From NCBI RefSeq assembly GCF_964355755.1, contig NC_092673.1, positions 8,432,001-8,496,000 on the forward strand: a stretch of 64,000 nucleotides of DNA. Reading direction: 5' to 3'. Each line of letters starts with the position of its first letter. The stretch's first letter is position 1. The notes under the pieces were generated by a model. It was not told the DNA's origin, ran no database searches, and saw nothing but the letters and a program-made list of their open reading frames with translations. The DNA is from Antedon mediterranea (lineage: Eukaryota; Animalia; Echinodermata). A program made the translations under genes and the position numbers. Shown in pieces: positions 1 to 13,100 of the stretch.

Positions 1-1198
1 CACGTGTTTTCATCATTATTTCCACTGTATACAGGCCTAGATCTCAGCCCTACAATTATGACAAAATTTGCCGTAGATAAAACATACCTCAGCATTTATT
101 TAAGAAAAATATAGTAAAGCCAAATTTCTGTTTCTATTGTTTTTATTTTGTAGTAAAAAACATTTTCCCCAGGCTCTTGTGTTACGAAAATAAAGCAGGC
201 CTCGTAATGATGAAGAAAAAAATGATTGTGATTAGTCTATCCAGTCCAGTCAAAGATTATATATTCTTTGGTCCAGTCGGTTGAAAATAACCCTTAACTT
301 GCTAATAAAAGGGAAACAGCTCCCCTTGTTTGTTTACTGATTTTTTTAGGAGTTAGGGGGTTTTCAGCATTAAACTTGTCCAGTCTAGTCTGCCTTGTAT
401 GAATGAGTGACTTGATGTCCCAGGCTAGTTTTTAGCTTGAATGAAATGCGTGAATGGCTCTAGGCCTAGCTAGGCCTAAAAGCGGATGGGATCGTAGTCC
501 CTATGTTTAAATACAAGGTGCATGTATTTATGTCATTTGTTAGAAAATATAATGGTAATCAGTTGATAATAGTTTGTAGCCTTTGTAACAGTTGTATTTG
601 TAGTGTAGTTAGGCCTTATTTATTCTGGCCTTTTTGTTATTGAAATCCATCTCACACATTGACGATACAAGATGTCAGTCTAGGTCAAACCTTGTTTCGC
701 GTCATAACAGGAAACGTTCTGATTGGATACAACGTTGACTTACAGTAGCGTCGTACGCTAAAACGGTACTATCAACCGTTTTCCACTACAACGCTACAAC
801 CGTTTTGTACAACGCGTTGTACGCTAATCCCCAACTGTTCAGACACACATTCTTTTAGCGTCGTACGCTAAAACGGTCTAACGCCATGGGTCTGAACAGG
901 GCCTTAATGTGCGGAATTAAACTTGATGTGCGCGCTGTCATAATTGTTCTATTCTGCGTCCGCTCTTTTTAATAGCCAAGCTTCCCGGTCGCGAAAACTT
1001 GTGTCAATTTACGATGTATACAGTATCTTGAATAAAAACAAATTAAGGTTTTGTATTCGCTGAATGGAAAGGATACTCCATTCGATGAAAAACTGACTGC
1101 TCTCTTTTCTACTTATGAAATACTCTCACCATCCAACTTATCAACATTCATTGTGTGTATAATATTTTATACTTATTAGTAAATGTCGTTTTTTAAAG

Positions 1199-4100
1199 GG
1201 TTTACCGGGACAGAATGGCCCACTCGGAGAACGAGGCAGAAAAGGACCCGAAGGAGATTCTGGGAGAAGCGGTGGCCACGGACCCACAGGAGATTCTGGG
1301 CAGCCAGTTAGTGTATAATTTGTATTTCTTTTAAACACCAAAAATAACTTCAATTGAATAGTGCTTCTATATAAATCCATCCAATCTAAATAATATGCAT
1401 TCAATTATGTGATCAAAAGTGACGTAAGTCGCCCTCTTGACGTTTTAAGAACCAATTCTAGAGCAAGTGATTAATATTATAAATAATATGTTACGCTTTA
1501 ATTCCTAAATTCCGTGGTCCGTTAAAAAAATCCATCTTCGCATTTAAATATTATGTTCTACCAACACTGGTGTTATTTTTTGTAGGGTCTAAGGGGGGTT
1601 GCTGGTGCACCTGGGCCTGACGGAGTGCAAGGTCAACAGGTAGGTTCTTATTATTAAAACGTATAGAATGAATAATAAGTAATAAGAACGAAAACACCAT
1701 GGTTGAATTAAGGTATATGAGAACAATGTATTTTAAAGTCATAGTACCATTGGGAAAAAATTCTATTTATAAATTATAATTATTTGTTTTATTTTTTAGG
1801 GTCCCCCTGGTCCACCTGGTCCACCTGGAACTACTGGTTTACCTGGTTACACAGTAAGTACCTTGGCAATTGCCATTACGTTACAATTGTGCGTTATAAA
1901 CAAGTAGGCCTAACTTGCACCCTTAACAAAAATGAGTGTTAATGTTGTTACCACATCAGATTATAGTTCCGTATTACTTACGACTGAAGAAGCTATAACA
2001 TATGAAAATCACTAAAATCGACAAGTTATTTTTTTTATGTTAGCAAAATCTTGATGTTATCGGTTATGTATATTCTTTTTAGGGAAATAAAGGCCTGCAA
2101 GGATCTCGAGGTGTTCGTGGACGTAGTGATATTCGGGTAAATATTTTTTTTTAACTGTTACGTTTAAAGGTTTGCAAAAAAACCTGTATTGATAGTATAG
2201 TAATACTTAATACATCGTCATATTTATAATACTTTATTGTTATAGTATTATACCATTTCAGCTATTTGTATATATTTAAAATTTGTGCTTTTAATATTGT
2301 GTTATATGTTCAACTGGGGATGTATCTAAAGAAGCTTGTCATCGTCGCTGCTCTGTTATTTGTGTCTTGTATTTATGTTGAAGTTATGAATAATGTCTAT
2401 ATACACAATTAAACTGTAATATTTATCATATGGATGAAATAATCTACTATTATGATATATCAATTTATATCTCATAGGGTCGCCCAGGCGAACCGGGACT
2501 ACCGGGTGAAATTGGTAGTGAGGGACCAATAGGAGAACCAGGGGTGCAAGGACCCCCTGGACAGGTGGTATGTATTTCACCATATCTATTGTTACCACAA
2601 TATTTTATTAATAAAATGAAAATTGCTTGATTATAATTTGTTTAATGTATCCGTTTTACTGACAGGGGAACAAAGGAATAACCGGTGACCAAGGGGATAA
2701 AGGACCAATGGGAATAGAGGTATGTTCACATAATGTTTCACTTGCAATGGCTTTAACGGTGTTATTAAAATGTGTGCTCACCGATGAAAAGACAAGAATT
2801 CAAAACACACAATCTTGCCTTGACTGTTACAGGGCTCGAAATTTACTTTTTTTTCGACTAGCAAACTTTGCTAGTTGTAAAAAAATTAACTAGCAAAATC
2901 AGCAGCATAACTAGCAATCACAATTTTTTTTCGGTAAAATAGTTAAATTCTACACAAATCTGAATTTATTTAGGTGTAGACCTAGACCTAGCTTTTAGGT
3001 GTAGGCCTAGCTGCTAGGCAAAGCTGTAGTAGTAGTAGTACCCTTTTTAGCCAAATTAAAAAAAGATCAAGACATGCTTTCATGCTAGCCAAATCAAGGG
3101 CGTTTCGGCCTATGGACGATTCGTCCCGTAACGTTTCGGCCCACTTTTTTTTAGGTCGAAACTTTTAAAATTTGAAGCGGAACAAAATTGACTAGGCCTA
3201 TGTATAAAATATTATTGCCGATGACAAAACTGAGTTTTATATTGTTTATATATCCAGACGTAATTAAAACATTAAATTTAATTGCCACCGAGCGAAATTG
3301 GTAGGCCCTAACTACTAATCCGTCCCAAGCTACGCCCGCCTCACTCCGCCGTCTCTCGCGCTCCACTCGTCTCTATCCAGGAAATTCCCTATCGCACGAG
3401 AGGCATGATGTTGGAATAATAGTGGGCTGATCAATAGTTTGAAAACAGCTTACGGCATTTCTTAAGTGAATTTTTATTCAACGTATTCTTCTTTGATGAA
3501 TCCTTTGCTCATTGCTATGTAAAATCAGTAATTAAAGTTGTGATGCGAAAGTGTGTGTAATTTAATTCCACAGGTAAACAATATAGGCGTAAGAAAATCC
3601 ATCGCACAAACAACAGGACCTCGTGGTGTGCCGAGGAGACGTTCTTCTCCAAAATTGGAAGAGTCCATTAAGTGGGGGGTGTTTACTATTTGCGAATCTA
3701 TTAAATACGCGCTTCGACCACTGTGTAGGCAAAATATTTATTTCGTTAAATCCCTAAATTGATAATCGCGTATTCTGTAATCAGGTGACTGATGATGTAA
3801 TCCTTAGCGACGTACTAAATGCACATGCTTTTGTGTTGGGGAAAAGCTTGCTGTTAATATAATGCACATCGTTAACAACTATGCTACCACATGATTCACG
3901 GTGCTATTAGCGTTTCCTTGACGTAAATTGGCGGCGTGTAAATGAAACAATTGTTTTCACCAAATTGGTTCCTATTAGCCGTTGTCGACATAGCGATTGG
4001 CGGCTAGCTAAAAAGTACGTATTTTTTCAAAAATTACACTAGCAAACATTTGCTAGTTATGAAATTTTCAACTAGCAATTATCAAGAATCTACTAGCAAA

Positions 4101-7100
4101 ATGCTAGTTTGCTAGCGTGAATTTCGAGCCCTGCTGTTATTAAGTTAAAGTGCATACGGGAACGGGGATTGTTGTATTTTATCACGACATAGATGTTTAA
4201 TTTTCTGTATGAAAAGGGCAAACTAAGAGTGAGAGTTTATACGTGTAGGACGATAACACATTATGTTTGTGGTGTAGTAATATAATGAAGCAGGCCTAGT
4301 GATTTGTAAATTGTATTTTCTTACAGGGACCAATTGGTGAATATGGCCTACCAGGCCCTATGGGAAGACAAGGTTTAATGGTAATATTATTAAATAATTA
4401 TTTAAAAACCCACATGCATAATGCTATGCACAATGTTTTTATCCGAGGAATTACAAAGATGACTTATTGCTACAGTACATGGAACGACCGACGATAAACC
4501 GTCATTTTTTTTTCTGCAGAAAACAAAATACATTATAAACATTTTCATCTTAGAAAGATAGCCACTGTCCAATCAGATTACGTCATGACCAATAAGAACA
4601 ACATAATCAATAGGCTCTACTTTGTTCCACTTAGGTTTCACCTTTTGTACTAATTTTGATGTTTTAAATATGTATTATTTGTTAAACTAAATATGACAGG
4701 GTCAGTTTGGGGCACCAGGAATCGATGGAGAAACAGGGCCTCCGGGTGTAAGAGGTACGCATGGCAAGCAAGGACCACCAGGCCCACCCGGACAAAAGGG
4801 ACCAACTGGTCCCCAAGGTTCTGAAGGCCAAAGTGGTCAACCTGGTGTAATTGGAGATCCCGTAAGTTTAAATAAATGTTTGCAATATTTAGGTCATACT
4901 CAAAATATAAATAAGCATATATATATATTTTTTATTTTCCATGTTTTAGACGACAATACATCTTTAATTCAAATTTAAGGACTCACAATTATCACACAAA
5001 CACTAGTCTTACTTTCGATGGTCACTTACTGTAATCACCCCGCATTACAACTAGCATGAAGCTGAATAGTTAAAAAAGCATAGCACCGAATCATTCGATT
5101 GATTATAATATGTGGTTCTGATATTGATGTTTAACTGATACCAGACAGTTGAGTTATACTTTTGTGTCTATACTAAAATTATATATTTTTTATATACAAT
5201 TGTCTATACTAAAAAAATGTTCATTTTATTTAATTTTTTATGTTAAACTTTTGATCTTTATAGGGAACTTTAGGTGAGAAAGGAACTATGGGGCAAAATG
5301 GAGAACCTGGCTCCCAGGTAAGATTTTATTCCGAAATATATCTTTACATTAACTGTCAAGTACATAATCAGCCGGAGTATATATGAAGTTATACTTCAAT
5401 CTTGTTTAAGACATAAGAGCAATTGTAATATCGCCAATATCAGAAGAAATTACAAGATCTTGCAGTCCAAAATAATATATAAATATGAACAATAATATAA
5501 TAATTACTGAGATAGGAAAACGCCAAAAAAGGTAATAAAAAGTAATCACAATAATGGACGCGATAGATCACCTGAAACCTGGTTTATGATTGGTCAACTT
5601 ACTTTGGTAAGTTTTCGTTTTATGATATGGTGTTCTAAGTTGTAATGATCCTAAGGTTTAAATTAGATTGTGCAGTTCACCTTAAACTGTTTACATAAGC
5701 ATACAGTACTGTATAATTATTCATTTCCACATTTATGTAGCATAGCTTAACTTGAGAACAAAATAGAAAGTAAGATGGGTCTTTTTGAAAAATGCCGAAG
5801 GGTTTGTCAAATTCATGTAACTAACGGTTGTTTTAAATTGGAAATACTTTATTTGTTACACTCGTAACATAATATAAACTATAAACAAATATGACCAAAA
5901 TCAATCGGCTTTCGATACTCTAGTTTTGACCTTTAACATCAAATTCATTTATTATTAATACAATTGATTGTAAAGTTAGTTTAATTAAATGGGTTTAAAT
6001 GTAATAGTATAACGTTATTCATCTTTAGTGTATTTTAAAATAAGGTATAATCGTGTTGTTCTACTATAATAGATAACGTTTAAGTTTAAAAATAAAGAGT
6101 ATCTTTGAGGATATTTTTCTGTAAAGTAAAGAGAAAATTAGCTACTTCATATCATTTAAATAGGGTGAAGGTGGACGGAGTGGACCATTGGGCCAGAAGG
6201 GTCATCCTGGCCAAATTGGTATTCAAGGCAACGCAGGAAAAAAAGGGGAGAGAGGTTTACTTGGATTTAAGGTATATAGATTTATTTCATAGACATGAAA
6301 ACTATTAGTATAAAAATATTATAAATTTATTTGACAAAATGTGTAAATTACACTAATTTTCTACAATATTCAATGCAACGATAGTTAATTTTAAAACATA
6401 GATTGTATATTTTAATGAGTTCAATTTAATGTGGGAACCACTAGAGAAGCTTTTAGGTTACAATCTCTTTAATGTTATAGGGTGATAAGGGTGATCCAGG
6501 TGTACCAGGAGCAAGGGGAATAACAGGGGTGACTGGTATTCATGGAGTTAAGGGCACGAATGGCGAAAGAGGTCCAACTGGTCTACAGGTACATTTTATT
6601 TGATGTTTATATTGCGAAGCGAAAAACCCCGCTAATAACAGGTTTAATACTACTAAACGATAACTTATGATAAGTTATGTTGGTAGCATTGCTTTAGTTA
6701 CTCTATATATTTACTACTGATTTCTATATTGACGAAAGAAAAGAAACAAACCAAGTGTTCTCATCCTGCCATCCATTTGCTAATACAGTACTAAGGAGAA
6801 TTTGAAGTTCCGAATTCCGATTTATCACATGAAGACACACTCTGTATGCTACAAAGTAGAAATTTCTATTTCAGTTTAAAGTTAAATTCAGTTCAATCTC
6901 GGCAATCATAACTCATATCCAGCATCGTTTATTATACGGAAAATAACTCATTAAACGTCAATGTTTTATTTGTACATAGCATCTGTCTATTTGAATAAAC
7001 ATTTCTGTGAATGTGACCATTGATTAAGTATATTGTAATAACAATCTTAACACATTTTCTCCCCAAAGGGTCCAAAAGGCCAATCGGGTCCACAAGGAGC

Positions 7101-10100
7101 AGTCGGATTGATTGGTGCTTCAGTAAGTATTTATGTGTTTACAAATGGCTTCATTGGTATCTTTTACGATAGTAAATAAATATCACTACATTCTGACATT
7201 ATCGATATATTACGAGGCACAACCATTGAATAAAATATAGTACTTAACCAGCATTTTTAAAAGTTTACTAAAGTACTGCCAAACGTTTTTACTTTCAGGG
7301 TATACAAGGTCCAAAAGGCAAGAAAGGACAAAGGGGGTCTCATGGACCATTGGTAAATACTAGTTCAGTTTGTTTAACCAATAATGTTTATAATATTAAA
7401 ATCATGTTGTCACACATTAGCCTAATACATTATCTAACAAGCGAATGTAGCAAAAATACGTTAAATAACATATTTACGTAATTGGTAATTTTTTTGTTTT
7501 GAAACGATATGTTTTAGGGTAAAGTAGGCGATCCTGGTCCACGTGGAAGAGAAGGTTATGAAGGTTCACAAGTAAGCGATAAAATGACATTAGTCTGTTA
7601 AACATATTAGTTAGTTAAACATAGTTATACTCACGGGACAAAAGCAATTATCTGGGTAGTGCTATATTATATATCATTGTCTTATTTAAATATAATTGTG
7701 AAATAAAATAATGTGTGTTGGTTCAATGGTTATTTCCAAGTATGTACCCAATTAAACATTTATAAATATAATAAAATCACTTATTATCTGCAAATGAACA
7801 GATTAAAAAATAACAAAGTAGGCCTATTACAAACCATGAAATAAACAATGAATTCATTGAGCAGTTCAAACCTCATTTAAATGTTTTAAAAGTCACCAAC
7901 TCTCGGCAACACTTTAAATGTGTGTTGCGTATGGAAACAATACAGTTTTAACAATGTAATATACATATAATACTAATTTCCATACTTTTGCATACATAAA
8001 TTCGTTCCCAACAAAACCTTGTCTGGTTGGTATTTATGTACGCATGTACGCGTATTCTAAATAACTTAAAATGTGTGACAGGATATTTCATAAATCCATC
8101 ACATTATTTTCTTTCCACAAACTTTTAACTTTCATATTTTTCCATATTCCACTGTAGTGTTTATTGTAAATTAATAATTAAGATACATTTTATGTTGATA
8201 AAAGGGCTCGAAAGGAGAGGAAGGTGAAAAGGGAGATCACGGAAATGTGGGACAACAAGTAGGTACACTGATTTACACAATTTCTGATACAACAAAGGTA
8301 TACTTACAGACTACTATGTTATACTGTACTGCCGTATTTTGTAGACACTGTATCACTTAACGGTTCAACTTACTTCAAATATCGTTTTGGTACAATTGCT
8401 GATGAAATGAAATAGTGTAAAGAATAAATATTATATTTCATCATTTACAGGGACTTTCTGGATTACCTGGCTCAACAGGACAGCCCGGAGAGCCAGGACC
8501 TATGGTAAGTAATCGTGGTAGGCATATATATCAGAAAACTATTCGCTATCGACAATCCTTGAGAGTGTGCCCACTAGGTTAATTTAATGTCAGATAATAA
8601 TAAAGTATTGTGTAATGGTATTGTGTTTGTGCATTGCATTGCTTCTTACAATAATACTGGTGTGCATTGTTTTGTTTTTTATTTATAGGGGCACATTGGG
8701 AAAAGGGGAATTCCTGGTCTGCCTGGAGAGGACGGGTCTTCTGGTGAAGATGGCGAACCTGGCTTACCGGGTGATCAAGGGCAGGATGGACGAAAGGTAA
8801 TTGATGCGTAATATAATAAGACGAAGGAAACAGATTAGATGGAAGCTTATTAGTTCAGATTTCTGATGAATTATGCCATTGTAAATTTAGAAGATTAAGA
8901 TCGTATTTAAAAAAAAACAAAAAAATTTCAACTTATTTTTACAGAGAATGTGGTATATTTGTGTTGATTTTGTTGCATGTTCATTCACAAACTATACATT
9001 ATACGTTTTAGGGAGGAAATGGACCACGTGGTTTGGCAGGACCCCAAGGACCATCTGGAATACCAGTGAGTATGCTGTAATAACGATACCTTGAATTAAC
9101 TTCGAATCGCCACAGTCCATCTTCTTTCGATAGAGTGTGGCAGGATTAAGGGGGCTTTTTGGCCCATTATAAACCCATGTGTTTGTTTATCTCTTTCTTG
9201 AAGAGTGATATAACAATATTAGATATCGTACACAAAAGTAGACATTTTATTTTACATTTATGGATCAAATTAAAGGCAACACTAATCTGTGTATGTACGG
9301 GTATCGAAAAAAGATCCCTTTTGTTAGATTACTATGATTTCCAATGTTCAAAATCCTTATTTTACTTTGTAGGCCTATATAAATTTGAAAACAATTAACA
9401 AACCTATCTGTAAATGTATACTTATTTACTGTTATTTAAAATAAGTGATAATATGTAATATTTTTTATACTTTAGGGACAAAACGGTAAACTAGGAAGTC
9501 CAGGACTGAGAGGAGAAAATGGACTAAAAGTAAGTAATTTTGTACGTAGAAACTGAAGTTACAGTTTGTAGTCTACATGATAATGACTGATATAGTAACT
9601 AAGTAATTAATTTTAGTAGCATAATAATATATAAAGCTCAAAGAAATTATCGATAGTGAGCCAATAGAGAGCTTTCGATTTGCGACGACTGAGGATCGAC
9701 GATAGTTCAGTCGATGTGTCGTAAACATCAAACCTGTGTCGAGGTGAGGAACGAGTACAGGCGTCCCAATATTCCCGCCTGCACACAATAAACTAATATA
9801 ACGTAGTTTGGTCGTCGAAGTCGAAAAATTGAAAGATTCATAATGACTGATTGTATGCAAATTTCGTTTTTTGTTTAGGGAGAACCAGGTGAAATGGGAA
9901 TTTATGGGTTTCACGGATTACCTGGAAGACAGGTAAGTCATTAGTATAACTTAATGAATATATATGAGTAGAATAGGAAGTATAGGTAAATATGTTGGTC
10001 ACAGAGAGAGCAATATATATTTTTATTTTGATCGTAAATTATTATCGACGTCGAGCAACATAATAATGGAGAAAATAATGATAACCAATGGTGTGTAATA

Positions 10101-13100
10101 ATGCTGTGTTATAAAACATTCATTGACTTACCAATTTAATCTGTTATTTATGAAGGGTCCTGCTGGTTCGATGGGTATTGCAGGAGTTCAAGGTATCCGT
10201 GGACATCCGGTAAGTAGACCAAATATATCATTTTAAAATAAATTGCCAAAATAGTAAAAACAAGTTTAAGATGAGAATTTTTTAATCGTATGCTGCACTT
10301 ATTATTCTCGAAATCTAAGCAATTAAGAGGAGCTCGCCCAAAAAATGATAAAATTGCTCACAAAGTAAGTTTTTAAGGTAATATTTTAAATTTACTGTAT
10401 ATCTGTCTATTTATGTCAATTAGTCTGCATTCATCTGTATGATGGATAAAACTAATTCATGGCTGTTTAAAGCACTTTGGTTGATCCTATCATCAATCAA
10501 GGGCTTCTCCCGCCTGGTGTCCACCTTAACAAGACAGTCAATGAATGAACGTATGAATGTACCGTTTGTTACACTATAGACTGTAAAACAACTTTACGAA
10601 TTAATTCACAGGGAGAACCAGGAACCATGGGGCCGATGGGATTTCCTGGTATACCAGGACCCCCAGGTCATCCAGGACCACAAGGAAGGAAAGGCTACAA
10701 AGGCAGTCAAGGACGAATGGTAAAGACCTCACAGTAATTTTCCGAACCGGAGTAATCAATTCCGTAAAATGATTGATTGATTAATGATTGTTTGTTTAAC
10801 AATTTATTTCAGGGCGCCAAAGGAAGGAGAGGGTTCCAAGGATTACCTGGAATGCCCGGTCCCATGGTAAGAACAAAGTATTTATAGCTTGGTGTTTTGT
10901 TTCTTGGTTTTAAAGCCAAAAGCAGTACTCGAAGTCAATAGAGGAAAGCAGTCATGCACTGAATTGGGTACAAATCATAATAAACCGTCGAGTGCGCTAA
11001 TTTATCTATGTCTATCATGGAGTGTTCTTAATGATTTGACTTGCATCACAAAAACTATTTTTCTTATTTTACTCAACAATTCAATTGACATATTATATGA
11101 GTGTTTAGAATTAAATACTAGTTTGTAAAGAAAATGTTATTTTCAATTAACAGGGCATAAAGGGCGAGAGAGGAAGACGGGGTCCTTATGGCCACGTTGG
11201 ATTACGTGGAGAAGAGGTACGTTTGATTAGTTAGGCCATCATCTTACTTTATTAATCTCTCAGTTAATCGATCATTATATTAGTCCCTGTACTGCTGATT
11301 ACATTATTAAAAATATGAAATTCTTCGTTGTTTGATTACCAAAATAAATCCTACAATGTGTGTAATGCTTTATTTATTTACAGGGTCCTCCAGGTGAAGC
11401 AGGGGTAGAGGGTCACCCTGGTATTCCAGGACCAGTTGGAATAAGAGGACCCAAGGCAAGTTTTTTTCAAATCATATTTTTTGCACCAATTTTTCAAGCT
11501 AACACACCATAAAAAGCTGCGTGTAATATATTTAGTTTTATAAACTAAAACTTTATGTATAGTTTCATTTCAAATACCGTATCTGTAATAACTTAATTGT
11601 TTCAGGTAACGTTGATGATTCGAAGTAATAACATAATACCGTAGTAGTTAAACTTAAACTAATAATATAAATTGAAAAAAGTTTGATAGAGAGATTAAAA
11701 TGAATGCAATTAAACTTCTTTATCTTGCTTTCATTTATTTGAATTAAACATTGCACTTTTTTCATTATAGGGACCACGTGGAGATAGGGTGAGTATTGTT
11801 TAATGGTAAATTGATAACAATATTCTACTGGATTTGTAGCGGGTAGAGAAGAAAGAGGAAACGAAATAAAACTAGCTGTATCAACCGACCCCGAAATGTT
11901 TACCCTAATAATAAAACATATCGTTATTCCTTTGATTTTAGAAAGGTGTATAGTTATTTTACCGTTTTATCAACTATAGTAATTGAAAATTGTTATAATT
12001 GCAGACAAAATTTGTGGGGTTTTAACCATTTAAAGAACGACATATTCAAATTAGTTTATTTAAATTTGTTTGCAATAAAGCGTTTCCACGATAAATAAAA
12101 ATACAATGCAAATGTTTTCATGTTATATTATTTACGTCATGACCGGTTGTTTAATTGCGTTTTTGTCTTTTACAGGCTGAACATGGATTTCCAGTAAGTA
12201 TATGCCCACATTATTTGTAAATAAATGGATACCAAATGATTAGGTTATGAGGTGCACTATGTACACGTGCAACCTCACGCCGAGGTAAAAATAGTTGCAC
12301 CACTTGAATACAAAACTTTTTGAAACATGTTTAAAAAAGGTTTTAGGACAAGGGACCGAAAAATCTGCCCTAGATCATGTCGAACCAGTAAAAACTTCTC
12401 TTCGAAACTTGATACTGTAGTAGATATTTCAAATTGAGGAAGACTATACAATTTCCTGTTTTACTATTAAAATATGAAATATACCAGTTCTTAACTAACA
12501 ATAAAAACCACTACTTCTCATAATCTGATTTCATTTTTATTTCTATGTTTTAGGGAGAGAGGGGACCAATGGTAAGATTATTTTATTTTAAAACTAATAT
12601 TCTTTGTTAAATAATTTCATTTGTATATGTATTTTTATATGTGGATAAAAACTTCAAATAAACTCACTAGTAGTAGAGTAAAGAGTAAACACCCATCCAA
12701 TGCTCGGAATAGTCTACTTGATACAGACATCCGTTTTATAGTCTTCCATTCTACATGTATGGAAATGTATTACGTTTTATTGAATCAGTTGTATAATGTA
12801 ATATAATGTTTATTTGATTTATTTGCAGGGAGCACCAGGTTTACCGGTACGTTTGTAATATCATTTGTTAAATTCATTTTCTTGTCGGATCATTATTTTA
12901 CCCGAATACTTCCCAGTATCCTAGGAATAGTTAGTAATACAGCGTCACATTTGTATCACATTTGTTGCCTCCATCATATAGGTTATGGGCTAGGCTATGG
13001 TCTATGATAGGAAGAGTGTAAATGCACTCGCACTTCTCTATGTGATACTTGCGAAATCTTGTATTTTTCTTAATATTGATGAATTCTATGTACAGTAGTA

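Noticed and set aside
700-905. Possible Harbinger-type MITE end (…CTGAACAGGGGCC|TTA) with internal direct repeats
   Set aside because: Matching other terminus not found in the window; too uncertain to annotate.
1141-2598. Minus-strand Pro-rich ORFs 1141-1404, 1551-1742 and 2356-2598
   Set aside because: Antisense shadows of collagen Gly-X-Y exons.
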